Positions 1-9,541 are shown, counted from the first letter of the stretch. The stretch is DNA of 64,000 nt from Acidobacteriota bacterium (GCA_965209055.1 OZ242374.1:2272001-2336000); one strand, 5' to 3'. The notes: generated by a model from the letters alone, not told the origin. A program made the numbers and translations.

Positions 1-723
1 GAATTGTCCGCCTGAGAAGGTGAGAGCCGTTCCGAAGATGGCCAAATCGGACGCGATCTCCACCTTCCCCCGTTGGAGGGTCTGGCCGGGAAACAGTTCA
101 TTCAGGAACCTGGCCGTATGAGCGAGCGATCCCAGTCTGATTGTTCGCGTTGGCCCCACCGGGATTCCGTCGGAGGAGAACAGGTTCAGTTCGACCGTGG
201 CCCTTCGCCGTCCGCTCATGTCCCCGTTGACGAGGGCCAGGGCGGTATCCCCGAATTCTTCGAAGGGAATGGCAGCCCGATAGAATTCCTTGGACGGGGC
301 AATGCCCACGCTGTCGCTCACCTGACCACCATCGAGAATCTGATAGGTGAGATTTGCCTCGATTAGATTGTCCAGCAACAGGTTGTCGGAGAGCAGGATG
401 GCGGTCCCCACCTCCAGTTGGGTCCCGGTCAGACGAAGCGTGACCGTTTCGGCCGGCCGGACTTCCACTTCATATTCCCCGTCTTGCACGGGGACGCCGT
501 TGATGGTCGGGTTCCAAGCCATGCTCGCATTGTTTACGGTTCGGAACAGGCCCAGCGTCCCGACATAAGGTCCTGTACCCCGGTTGGTGAGGTTGATGAC
601 CGTCTCGTATCCGCCTCCCACCACGACTTGCCCGAACGCGGCGTCCTTCTTGGGAAAGTAGTTCTGCGCCGAGACGGCGGTTACGAAGCCCAGCCAGATC
701 AGCAAGAATCTCTTTGTCTGCAT
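1..723 (-). CDS. Secreted hypothetical protein with repeated beta-sandwich domains (3' end runs off the window)
   Basis: Not in the ORF track; translated by hand from ATG at 723 with SD AGGAG: MQTKRFLLIWLGFVTAVSA-QNYFPKKDAAFGQVVVGGGYETVINLTNRG..., open to position 1. Sec signal peptide; domain pattern resembles the repeats in 57384..60299. Confidence 0.8.
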   Translation of the reverse strand, partial: MQTKRFLLIWLGFVTAVSAQNYFPKKDAAFGQVVVGGGYETVINLTNRGTGPYVGTLGLFRTVNNASMAWNPTINGVPVQDGEYEVEVRPAETVTLRLTGTQLEVGTAILLSDNLLLDNLIEANLTYQILDGGQVSDSVGIAPSKEFYRAAIPFEEFGDTALALVNGDMSGRRRATVELNLFSSDGIPVGPTRTIRLGSLAHTARFLNELFPGQTLQRGKVEIASDLAIFGTALTFSGGQF

Positions 724-801
724 GTGTACTCCTCCGACTCTTTCTGTCTCTCCTGACGGGATGGGTGCGGCAATGGTTCGATTCCCCATCCTGGACGACG
801 C

Positions 802-1848
802 TCAATACCCGGCCGTCTTGTTGACGACGTTCCGGAGGGGCCGGCCGGTGGCGAACCGTTCGATGTTGTCCCGGATCAGATTCGCGAGCCGAACCCGCGA
901 CAGACGGGAGCGGGTCGCCACGTGGGGTGTGATGATGACGTTGTCCATCTTCCAGAGCGGATGGTCGGCGGGAAGCGGTTCCGGATCGGTGACGTCCAGG
1001 CCGGCGGCCAGGACTTTGCCTGATCGCAGGGCCTCCAGCAACGCGTCGGTCCGGATCACCTTTCCCCGGGAGACGTTCACCACGTAGACGCCCTCCTTCA
1101 TGGCGGCGAACTCGGCGGGTCCCAGCATTCCTTCCGAGGCGGGCGTGTGGGGGACGCAGCTCACCACCACGTCGGCCTCCGGGAGGACCCGGTGCAACTG
1201 GTCCGGAGCCACCACCTCCTCCACGTCACGGCTCAGCGGGATGTCCTTGGGGTCGACGCCCAGGACCCGCATGTCGAAGGCCGCGGCGCGTTGGGCCACC
1301 TGGGAGCCGATGCCGCCCAAGCCGATGATCACCATGGTCTTGCGGCGGAGCTCGATCATGGGCAGCCGGGTCTTTCCGCGCATCCAGTTTCCGCGGTCCA
1401 TTTCCCGGTCGTACTCTTTGAGATTCCGGGTGAGGGCGAGCAGCAGGGCGAAGACATGGTCGGCGATCTCGGGTCCCATCATGATCTTGGCGTTGGTCAA
1501 GGTGATGTCGCTGTCCCTCAATTCGGGAATGTGGACGATCTTCTCCACTCCGGCGCTGGTGCTGTGCACCCATCTCAGCTTCTTTCCCTGGCGCAGGATT
1601 TCCTGGCCCTTTTGGCCGTAGGGAAGCCCGATGATGGCATCGCAGTCGGCGATGACGCCGGCAATCCCCCCCTGGCCGGCCGTTACCAGCTCCAGGTTGG
1701 GCAGCCGCTTTTCCAGATCGGCGAACTGTTTCTTGTCGCCGGCCCCGACCAGGACCCTCACCTTCGAGGCGAGGGCCGGACTCTGACCCTGGGCCACGAT
1801 CCAGAGCAAGCACAGAATCGTTGTCTTCATTGCGAACCGCGTGTGCAT
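802..1848 (-). CDS. D-2-hydroxyacid dehydrogenase (NAD-binding) with apparent N-terminal signal peptide
   Basis: Motifs GLGGIG, VNVSRG, GLDVTDPEPL, ITPHVA. Start reassigned to ATG 1848 (SD AAGGAG); the track's extension to 2946 is antisense to the aldolase. Confidence 0.9.
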   Translation of the reverse strand: MHTRFAMKTTILCLLWIVAQGQSPALASKVRVLVGAGDKKQFADLEKRLPNLELVTAGQGGIAGVIADCDAIIGLPYGQKGQEILRQGKKLRWVHSTSAGVEKIVHIPELRDSDITLTNAKIMMGPEIADHVFALLLALTRNLKEYDREMDRGNWMRGKTRLPMIELRRKTMVIIGLGGIGSQVAQRAAAFDMRVLGVDPKDIPLSRDVEEVVAPDQLHRVLPEADVVVSCVPHTPASEGMLGPAEFAAMKEGVYVVNVSRGKVIRTDALLEALRSGKVLAAGLDVTDPEPLPADHPLWKMDNVIITPHVATRSRLSRVRLANLIRDNIERFATGRPLRNVVNKTAGY

Positions 1849-1959
1849 AACCTTCTCCTTGGTGGGATCGAACTTAAAACCTGACGCCGAGCCGGGACAC
1901 TGAGACCATAATGAGACAAACTGTTCAGGAATCAAACCTGGATCGGAGGTGCGACAGCC

Positions 1960-2916
1960 ATGAGGAAATGGACACTGCTGCTGGTATTGACCCTTTTCCC
2001 CCATCTGGCCGGCTCCGGGACCGTCGCCTCTTCTGAAGCGGCCGAATCCCCGAAGCGGATCAACAAGGCCATCGAGCTGCTGGAGCGAGGGCAGCCCATC
2101 TACTACACGGGAGGCCACGGCGGTTACGAGGAGGGGCGCAAGCTGGCCCGGACCTGGGCCGACTACATCAACTACGAGATGGAGCATGGGTCCTACGACG
2201 TGACGGCGCTCCGGAGATTCATGCAGGGCCTGGTGGACGGCGGCCCCACCCCCAGCGGACACCGGACGCCGGCCGTGATCTGCACGCTGCCCGTGGGCGG
2301 AATCGACGAGGCCACCATGAAGGCCAACTACTGGATGGTGCAACAGGTCCTGGCCACCGGCGTCCATGGGATCCTGCTCTGCCACGCGCGGACTCCGGGA
2401 GCGGTCCGGGTCCTGGTCCAGGCCGCCCGCTATCCCTTTCACCGCCAGGGAGTGGGGTCCGCGCTCGAAGAGGGGCTGAGAGGCAGCGGAGGCCAAGGCT
2501 ACGCCAGCCAGATCTGGGGGGTCAGAGGGGGCCGTTACCTGGAATTGGCCGATCCCTGGCCCCTGAATCCCCAGGGAGAGATTCTGTTGGGTCTCAAGGT
2601 GGAAGACCGGCACGCTCTGATCAATGCGGAGGGGAGCATTCAGGTGCCGGGGGTGGGATTCGCCGAGTGGGGTCCCAGCGACATGAGATTTTCGTTGCGG
2701 GCCACAAAACTCCCGGGCGAGGAACTCTCCAAGCGGCTGCAAGCGGCCCGGCAACGAGTCTTTGCGGCCTGCAAGTCGGCCGGAGTGGCCTTCCTCAACG
2801 GCGTGCGGCCGGATACGGTGATCGCCATGATCGACGAGGGCGTCATGATCGGGTCCGGAGGGCAGGAAGCCGCCGAGAAGGGGCGCAAGTACACCAAGCG
2901 GAAGATGCCCTGGTGA
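1960..2916 (+). CDS. HpcH/HpaI aldolase/citrate lyase family protein with signal peptide
   Basis: EMEHG, KVEDRHA, GPSDMRFSL motifs; SD GGAGG; hydrophobic N-terminus MRKWTLLLVLTLFPHLAG. Confidence 0.85.
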   Translation: MRKWTLLLVLTLFPHLAGSGTVASSEAAESPKRINKAIELLERGQPIYYTGGHGGYEEGRKLARTWADYINYEMEHGSYDVTALRRFMQGLVDGGPTPSGHRTPAVICTLPVGGIDEATMKANYWMVQQVLATGVHGILLCHARTPGAVRVLVQAARYPFHRQGVGSALEEGLRGSGGQGYASQIWGVRGGRYLELADPWPLNPQGEILLGLKVEDRHALINAEGSIQVPGVGFAEWGPSDMRFSLRATKLPGEELSKRLQAARQRVFAACKSAGVAFLNGVRPDTVIAMIDEGVMIGSGGQEAAEKGRKYTKRKMPW

Positions 2917-2955
2917 ATTTCGGGCCCGCGCGACTCCGTGCGGCAAAGCGCCGGG

Positions 2956-5637
2956 TCAGGCTTCCGGAGGTCCGGTCACGATCGGTGCGGCGACGACTTT
3001 TCCGCCCGATCGCGCCGTCGCGATGACGGTTTCCCCAGGTTCCACGTCGACGAGGCCCGCGACCGGCAACCGCCCGTCCGGGAGTGTGCGCGCGCCGCGC
3101 AGCGGTCTTCCGTCGGTTCGGGAGAGCAACACCTCGGCGTCGGGCAGCAACTTGACGACGGGCAGGGAACAGGAGGGAATCCTTCCGGTGCGGGAAGCGG
3201 GTTCACGGACCTGGCCTCCGCCGCGGGGGCGCTCGGCCGGTGGGTCCACAAGATTTCGGATCCGCAGACCGATGGCCGGGTCCTCCCCTCTCGGGTCGAA
3301 CTCCATTTCCAGGAAGTTCCAATAGAAGGGTCCGTCCAGTTTTTGCAGGTCCGGCGTGTCGTAGCTCTGATGGTAGAGCGCCGTGACGGCCACCTCCCGC
3401 CCGTCGAAATCGGTCATGCGCGGCCCGAAGCCCTCCTTGACGCCCCGGCCCCCGCTCCGGCCGATGGGACCGAAGGAACATTCGAAGACCCGGTGCTGCA
3501 CGTTCTGCAGGATCATGCCGGTATGAACGTCCCCGTAGACCGTGGTCACGCCCGTGCGTGAACCGAGCATCTCCAGCACCCGGTCCGACCCCGCCGCGAC
3601 CCATCCGGCGTAATCGGCCGCCACCCGGTCCCGCTCGCCGAGGCTGGTCTTGGCGTCGGGCCGCCGGCCGTCCCCGGTCCAGATGGTGTGAAGGCCGTTG
3701 ATGCCGGTCAGGCAGATCAGAGGCGAGGAATCGGTGCGAATCGTCTCGCGCAGCCAGGCGAACTGCTCCTCTCCCAGGAGACTGCGGGTGACGTCGGTTC
3801 GCGGATAGAGGTTCTCCCTGGCGCCCCAGCCCTGGTCGTCCCAGATGTTGGTGTCCTGGCTGGAGCGCCAGAGGCGGGAGTCGAGGATGAGCAGGCTGAA
3901 ATCGCCATTGGGCATCTTCCAGCGCCGCCATTTCTTGGGGTTTTCGGTTCCGGAGGGCGCCTCGTCTCCCGTCACCAGGTGGTGAACGATCTGGAAGTTG
4001 CGCCGCATGTAGTCCCGGTCCTGGCCCAGATCGCCGTGGGCCCGGATGGCGATCTGCTCCGGACCCTTGACGTCGTCCATGCCGTAATCGTGGTCGCCGG
4101 GATTGATGGTGTTCCAGTGGCGCATCATCTGCCAGCGCGTGGTGGGGCCGCAGAGCGTGGTGGTGACGATCTTGTACGCGTCGTCAGGGGAGGGCGGGTA
4201 GAGGAGGAGTTCCATGTACCAGACGTCGTCCTCCCACATCATGACCTGGAAACCGTATTCCTCCAGGTGCCGGTAGGCGCCCGGCGTGGGCTGGTCGTGG
4301 ACGAAGAACCCTCCACCCGGTCCCGCGTCGGGCAGATTCGGCTGACTTCCGTGGATGGCATGGCAGGAGAGGCCGCACAGCCGGTAGGGGGCCGAGAGCC
4401 TGGGGAGCCGCCCCACGTAGGCGCCGCTTTCGGGGACGCCGCCGACCTGGCCGGTGCCGATGCCGACGGCGTCGCTGCCCGGTCTGGGGTCCGCCGTCAC
4501 GTTGCGTCCGTCTTTCCAGACCGTGTAGTAGAGGTCGGTTTCCGCGGGATTCCGTGGCAGCGCGGCGTCGATCACGGCCGTATTGCGCCGGAAATCGTTG
4601 TTGACGATGGGCGCCCGACCCGCCACCGAAACCGGCTCCCAGCCCCCGTCCGGTTGCGGCGTGTCCGCGACCCGCACCTCGGCCCTCTCGCCGTCGCTAC
4701 GGAACAGGGCGATGAATCGCACGTGCCAGGCGTCGCCTGCCTGGCGCAGGGTGTCCCCCAGGGCGTAGCAGACGTGGCACTCATTGAGCGGCGGGTCCAG
4801 GGGAATGTTCTCGCCCGGGTCGATCCTGAATTCGTCGACTTCGAAGTCCAGGAGGCCGCGTGCCGCGATTCCTGCGAAGCCCTGAGGGTGTCTTGTGCGG
4901 TCCCGGTTCTCCACCTGAATCTCGGCGACTCTGCCGCGTCCCTCGAGGTCCAGCGACGCCGACACGGTTCCGCGGTCGGAATCGGCGCCTGAGACGGACA
5001 CGGCGATCCGGTAACGGTCCCCGGCTGCCGGCTTCGGAACCCGTTTGCCGGTGATCACGGTTTCCGAACCGTGCTCACGAATCCCGAAGCGGCCGTCGTC
5101 GGTCCACGCCGCGATCCAGGCCGCCTTCCCGTCGGGTCCGGACATGCCGAACGACTCGTACAGAGTCGACGAACCGAAAGCGAGGCCCAGCAGGCCGTAC
5201 CCCGCCTGGTACATGCGCCAGTTGGGATCGTCGTGCTCCGACGGGCTGTGCGCAGGCGCGTGAATCCGTCCCGTCATCTCGAGCCCGTAGTTTCCGGTCA
5301 GGCGCCAATGCCGGTGCCAGATCAGCCCCGGGGGAAGCGAGGGGTCGTAGTCGACCGGCATGGTGTGGCTCCCCAGCCGGTCTCCATGAGTCTCGTAGTG
5401 GTAGGGGAATCCCGTGTTGCGGGCCCGGTCGCCGAAGTTGTGGATCTGCCGCCGCAGGGCGTTCTTCCGGATGCTCCAGTAGCCGGGATTGAGCGTCTCC
5501 CAATCGTCCCCGTGGTAAAGGGAGTCCGGCCGCCGGAAAGAGACGGCGTGCGCCCGAGCCTCTTTGGTGGAGACCGAGGCCACCGCCGTGGCCGTGGCCG
5601 CCTGCAGGAACGTTCTGCGGTTCATGGAGTTTTTCAT
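2956..5637 (-). CDS. Large Tat-exported PhoD-like metallophosphoesterase with N-terminal beta-sandwich domains
   Basis: NRRTFLQ Tat motif; PhoD-like segments EDDVWY, GDHDY, LDSRLWR, LLGEEQFAWL, YGDVH. Confidence 0.75.
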   Translation of the reverse strand: MKNSMNRRTFLQAATATAVASVSTKEARAHAVSFRRPDSLYHGDDWETLNPGYWSIRKNALRRQIHNFGDRARNTGFPYHYETHGDRLGSHTMPVDYDPSLPPGLIWHRHWRLTGNYGLEMTGRIHAPAHSPSEHDDPNWRMYQAGYGLLGLAFGSSTLYESFGMSGPDGKAAWIAAWTDDGRFGIREHGSETVITGKRVPKPAAGDRYRIAVSVSGADSDRGTVSASLDLEGRGRVAEIQVENRDRTRHPQGFAGIAARGLLDFEVDEFRIDPGENIPLDPPLNECHVCYALGDTLRQAGDAWHVRFIALFRSDGERAEVRVADTPQPDGGWEPVSVAGRAPIVNNDFRRNTAVIDAALPRNPAETDLYYTVWKDGRNVTADPRPGSDAVGIGTGQVGGVPESGAYVGRLPRLSAPYRLCGLSCHAIHGSQPNLPDAGPGGGFFVHDQPTPGAYRHLEEYGFQVMMWEDDVWYMELLLYPPSPDDAYKIVTTTLCGPTTRWQMMRHWNTINPGDHDYGMDDVKGPEQIAIRAHGDLGQDRDYMRRNFQIVHHLVTGDEAPSGTENPKKWRRWKMPNGDFSLLILDSRLWRSSQDTNIWDDQGWGARENLYPRTDVTRSLLGEEQFAWLRETIRTDSSPLICLTGINGLHTIWTGDGRRPDAKTSLGERDRVAADYAGWVAAGSDRVLEMLGSRTGVTTVYGDVHTGMILQNVQHRVFECSFGPIGRSGGRGVKEGFGPRMTDFDGREVAVTALYHQSYDTPDLQKLDGPFYWNFLEMEFDPRGEDPAIGLRIRNLVDPPAERPRGGGQVREPASRTGRIPSCSLPVVKLLPDAEVLLSRTDGRPLRGARTLPDGRLPVAGLVDVEPGETVIATARSGGKVVAAPIVTGPPEA

Positions 5638-5695
5638 TGCTTGCGTCTCCAGCCGGGGCGGCCGCCGCCGCGTCCCGGCGAGCGCCGGCCCCGTC

Positions 5696-6250
5696 TCAGT
5701 TGTGGCAGAGTTTGCAGGCCTGCTCCCGGTCTACGATGAGATGATCCGCCACCGTGGAACCATGGGCGTTGTGGCAGAGGCCGCAGTCGCGAAGGACGTG
5801 AGGGGCGTGCTGGTGGCTGTCCACGAACGTGGTCTTGTTGTGACAGGTGAAGCAATCGCCCTTGAAGCGAAACCGTCCCCGCCGGCTCAGCGCGTGGCAG
5901 GTCTGGCAGTCGATGGCGAACGGTGGATGCAGGCGAAAGGGAGAGAATCCCTCGGGCGCTCCCTCTCCCACGAAGAACCGGATCTCCCGGCGTCCGTCCT
6001 CCCAGACCAGGGCCAGCGAGTGCTCTCCGGGACCCGGAGTGACCTTGGCATGGAAAACGTCGGGAAAGGGTTCGTGGGCGGAGAGAAGCTGGCCGTCGAG
6101 TTCCAGCCGGGCGCCGGGACCGGTAGCCGCAATGCTGATCTCTCCGGCGGGAAGAATCGACCGGTCGGGCGGCCGGACGATCTTGCCCTCCTCTCCCGCA
6201 ATGGCGGGAGGGAGCAGACCCAGGACGACTGCGGCAACCAGGGTTCTCAC
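5696..6250 (-). CDS. Secreted tetraheme cytochrome c (c3-like) with N-terminal beta domain
   Basis: Four CxxCH motifs (CQTCH, CFTCH, CGLCH, CKLCH); GTG start overlaps the upstream TGA (GTGA 6247-6250); signal peptide VRTLVAAVVLGLLPPAIAG. Confidence 0.85.
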   Translation of the reverse strand: MRTLVAAVVLGLLPPAIAGEEGKIVRPPDRSILPAGEISIAATGPGARLELDGQLLSAHEPFPDVFHAKVTPGPGEHSLALVWEDGRREIRFFVGEGAPEGFSPFRLHPPFAIDCQTCHALSRRGRFRFKGDCFTCHNKTTFVDSHQHAPHVLRDCGLCHNAHGSTVADHLIVDREQACKLCHN

Positions 6251-7014
6251 AAGTGGAGGCGGCAGATGTAGCCCGAGTACCGGCTGTTCGAGTCCCCTCC
6301 GCCGGGAGCGATGCCGGCGTCGGTGTAGTAGAAGACCCCTTGGTGCATGGTCATCCCGTGGGGATCGGGGTCGGACCGGCTCAACTGGATGGCCTCCATG
6401 ATGCGGCCGTCCTTGGCGTCCAGACGGTGGATCACGTAGTCGTTCGAGAACATGCACCAGATGGAACCGTCGTCCCACGCCAGCCCGTGGGCTCGTCCCA
6501 GGGTCACCGGGATGGAGTGGAGTACCCGGAAATCGGGATCCACCTGGGTCAGGCTCTTGCGGCGCAAGGTGGTGATCCAGAGCGTGTTTTCGGCCCAGTT
6601 CAGGCCGTGCACGCCTCCTCCGCCGGGAACCGGATGCCGGGCCAGGGTCTTGCCGGTCGAGGGATCGATCTGCAGGATACGTCCGGTCTTGGCGTCGGTC
6701 GGTCTCGGCGGCCTTCGCAGCGCGGGTCCGTTGGCCGCCATCCAGAGGTAGCCTCCCCCGTACGCCATGCCGCTGGTGTTCGTGGACTCGGTGGGGACCT
6801 CCTGCAATACCTTGCCCGTCTTCCAGTCCAGAAGGTAGGCCTTGTTGGTGAGCTGCTCTCCCACCCAGAGACCCTCGGCGGTGGCCTCCAAGGCGTTGGG
6901 ATATTTGTCGGGAGACATCCACAGGGGCTCCACTCTGGGTGTGCGGACCGGATAGCCTCGCGGTCCCAACGCGGCCGCCGCCAACAGCTCCAAGAATTCT
7001 CTGCGATAGAACAT
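6247..7014 (-). CDS. Tat-exported beta-propeller protein (glutamine cyclotransferase/NHL-like blades)
   Basis: YRREFLE Tat motif; repeated blades GMAYGGGYLW, HGLNWAENTLW, HGLAWDDGSIW, HGMTMHQGVFY. Confidence 0.75.
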   Translation of the reverse strand: MFYRREFLELLAAAALGPRGYPVRTPRVEPLWMSPDKYPNALEATAEGLWVGEQLTNKAYLLDWKTGKVLQEVPTESTNTSGMAYGGGYLWMAANGPALRRPPRPTDAKTGRILQIDPSTGKTLARHPVPGGGGVHGLNWAENTLWITTLRRKSLTQVDPDFRVLHSIPVTLGRAHGLAWDDGSIWCMFSNDYVIHRLDAKDGRIMEAIQLSRSDPDPHGMTMHQGVFYYTDAGIAPGGGDSNSRYSGYICRLHL

Positions 7015-8216
7015 CAGACCCCCCGTATCCGAACCAGGGACTTGTCAATGTCGGCAATCCTGGCGACGCCGGCCAGCCCCATATCCAGCGCCAACTCCAC
7101 TCGAAGCAGTTCCAGCACACGGGAGACTCCCCGGTGCCCGAAGCAGGTCAACCCCCAGAGGTAGGGACGCGCCACGCCCACGGCGGTGGCTCCCAGGGCA
7201 AGGGCCTTCAGGATATCCCCGCCGCGGCGAAAGCCGCCGTCGATCAGCACGGGCAGGCGGCCCCTGGCCGCGGCGACGCACTCGGGCAGCGCCTCGATGG
7301 TGCCGCCCACGTGATCCAGTTGCCGGGCCCCGTGATTGGAGACCACGACCGCCGCCACGCCCTGTTCCGCGCACTTCGCCGTGTCCTCGGCCGTCATGAC
7401 CCCCTTGATGATGATGGGCAGGTCCGTCAGCTTCATCAACTGGTCCAGCGTTTCCCAGGTCGGTGTGGGAAACGGACGCTCGGGATAGACGCCGGTGCGC
7501 CAGAAGCGGTCCCGGGGTGTGTAGATCAGATTCCCTTCCGCGTCTCTGGGAATTCCGGTATCACACCACCCGCGTACGAACCGGTTGTAGATGCTCCGTT
7601 CCCGGTAGGAGACGTGCATGTTGTCCACGGTGAAACAGATGCCGGCGGCTCCCTGATCCTCCAGCCGCTCCACGAAGTTCAGCATGCTGTTTTCATTTCT
7701 GAACTCGCCGCCGGTCGTGTACTGCCACCAGTACCTGGGGCCCTCGCCCGATTCCAGGTATTCGTCGATGCCGCCGTTGGTGATGAACATGGCTCCGGAA
7801 GCCGCCGCGCCGCGGGCGGCCTCCTCTTCTCCTCCCGGGAAGAAGCAGTTCTTGCCCCCGGCGGGACAGACGAAGATGGGATAGTCGAGTTTCGTGCCCA
7901 GGAAATCGATGGAGGTGTCGATCTTGTGGACGTCGGTCAGGATCTTGGGGCGGAGGATGATCCTCTCGAAGGCCTTCCGGTTGTCGCGGAGTGAAATCTC
8001 GTCCTGGGAGCCTTCGGCCATGTAGTCCCATGCCACCGGGTCGAGCTTGGACTGGGCCAGCTTTTCAAAGTCGAAGACATTGACCAGATCCAGAAGCTGC
8101 TTCTCGTTTTCGGGGGACGAAAACGCTGATTCGAGCAGGCCGGTCCGTCCCGCCAGAAGCGGAGAGGAGATCAGGAATTGGGCAAAGGCGGCTAGGGCGT
8201 GGCGTCGAGTGAGCAT
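7014..8216 (-). CDS. FMN-dependent alpha-hydroxy acid oxidase/dehydrogenase with Tat-like leader
   Basis: SNHGARQLD, IKGV, FTVD, DGGFRRGGDILKALALGA motifs; N-terminal LTRRHAL. Confidence 0.92.
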   Translation of the reverse strand: MLTRRHALAAFAQFLISSPLLAGRTGLLESAFSSPENEKQLLDLVNVFDFEKLAQSKLDPVAWDYMAEGSQDEISLRDNRKAFERIILRPKILTDVHKIDTSIDFLGTKLDYPIFVCPAGGKNCFFPGGEEEAARGAAASGAMFITNGGIDEYLESGEGPRYWWQYTTGGEFRNENSMLNFVERLEDQGAAGICFTVDNMHVSYRERSIYNRFVRGWCDTGIPRDAEGNLIYTPRDRFWRTGVYPERPFPTPTWETLDQLMKLTDLPIIIKGVMTAEDTAKCAEQGVAAVVVSNHGARQLDHVGGTIEALPECVAAARGRLPVLIDGGFRRGGDILKALALGATAVGVARPYLWGLTCFGHRGVSRVLELLRVELALDMGLAGVARIADIDKSLVRIRGV

Positions 8217-8343
8217 CGAGGACGATCGGATTTTCGGTGGACCCGTTGCGGGTTCAGTCTAACAGTTGCCGGATGGCCCGGAAACCCGGTGAAACCCAGC
8301 GCGGCGCTTGTGGAATAATTGCCGGCCACCCTGGAGGAATGCC

Positions 8344-9336
8344 ATGGAATTGACCTGGGAGCCGACGGACGCGGACCGGGAACTGTTCGAAAGGGAGTTG
8401 GACGGCTTCGTTCCGGACCGGATCTACGACGTCCACGCCCACCTGTACGAGTTGTGGCAGTGGAAGAAGCCGACGATCCTGGAGGGTGGACCCGAGAAAC
8501 TTCCCCTTCAGCGTTACCGGAGAGAGATTCAGTGGATCACTCCGGGACGGAAGACCCATGGCCTGTTCTTCGGCGGCGGACTCCACGAGGAGACCTTCCG
8601 GGCCTCCAACGAGTACGTGGCGGCCCAGGTGGGCCAGGACCCGGCCTCGCGGTCCCTGCTCATCGTGTCCCCCCACATGGACCCCGAGGAGGTGCGCCAG
8701 GAGGTCCGGCGCCTCTCCATGGTGGGATTGAAGGTCTACCAGCATTTCGCTCCGGGCGAGGAGACGTGGGAAGCCGAAATCGAGGAGTTCCTGACTGAAG
8801 AGCACGTGCGGGTGGCGCACGAAGAAGAGTTGGTCATCATGCTCCACATGGTCAAGAGCCGGGCCCTGGCGGACCCGGTCAACCAGGCCACCATCCGGCG
8901 CTATTGCGAAACCTGGCCCAGGATGCGCCTGGTCCTGGCGCACTCCGGCACCGCCTTCAACCCGCACCATACGGCCGAGGGGATCCACTCCCTGGCGGGG
9001 CTCCAAAACGTCTGGTTCGATACCTCGGCCATGACCGAGGCGGGCGCCTTCGAGCCCATCGTCCGGCAGTTCGGCCACACGCGCCTGATGTGGGGGTCCG
9101 ACTATCCCATCAGCCATCTGCGGGGGAGATGTGTCGCCATCGGCGACAACCATATCTGGCTGTACGAGAACAACATCGACTGGGACGCCATCTCTTATCG
9201 GAAGATCCAGCCCCTCTATCTGGGTCTGGAATCGTTGAGGGCACTCAAGACGGCGGCCTGGAACCTGCGCCTCTCCGACTCCCAGGTCGAGGACGTCTTC
9301 TGGACCAACGCGCGAAAGCTGTTGCGGCTGGAGTAA
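8344..9336 (+). CDS. Amidohydrolase family protein (Amidohydro_2)
   Basis: DVHAH, GLKVY, LAHSG, WFDTS, WGSDYP motifs; SD GGAGG before ATG 8344. Confidence 0.88.
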   Translation: MELTWEPTDADRELFERELDGFVPDRIYDVHAHLYELWQWKKPTILEGGPEKLPLQRYRREIQWITPGRKTHGLFFGGGLHEETFRASNEYVAAQVGQDPASRSLLIVSPHMDPEEVRQEVRRLSMVGLKVYQHFAPGEETWEAEIEEFLTEEHVRVAHEEELVIMLHMVKSRALADPVNQATIRRYCETWPRMRLVLAHSGTAFNPHHTAEGIHSLAGLQNVWFDTSAMTEAGAFEPIVRQFGHTRLMWGSDYPISHLRGRCVAIGDNHIWLYENNIDWDAISYRKIQPLYLGLESLRALKTAAWNLRLSDSQVEDVFWTNARKLLRLE

Positions 9337-9358
9337 CCGGCAGGTCGACGGGCCCCGG

Positions 9359-9541
9359 CTACTTGTCCCGGATCTGCACCAGCAACAGCGTGACGGCGAA
9401 AGCCAGAAAGCCCATCGATCCCCTCCAATAGACGACCGCCTCGTTGCCCAACAAGTTCCCTCCGCCCAGAAAGCGGGCCAGCGTCCCCACGATGAAAGCC
9501 AATACGGCCAGGAATATCAGGATGCTGATCAGTTGATTCAT
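9359..9541 (-). CDS. Small two-TM membrane protein
   Basis: MNQLISILIFLAVLAFIVG...; two hydrophobic segments; SD GGGGAG. Confidence 0.65.
   Translation of the reverse strand: MNQLISILIFLAVLAFIVGTLARFLGGGNLLGNEAVVYWRGSMGFLAFAVTLLLVQIRDK

Noticed and set aside
1849-2946. 714-aa version of the dehydrogenase ORF
   Set aside because: The extension is the antisense shadow of the aldolase gene; an SD and signal peptide support the start at 1848
6251-7120. 474-aa version of the cytochrome ORF
   Set aside because: The upstream part overlaps the real propeller gene in another frame; the GTGA overlap and signal peptide place the start at 6250
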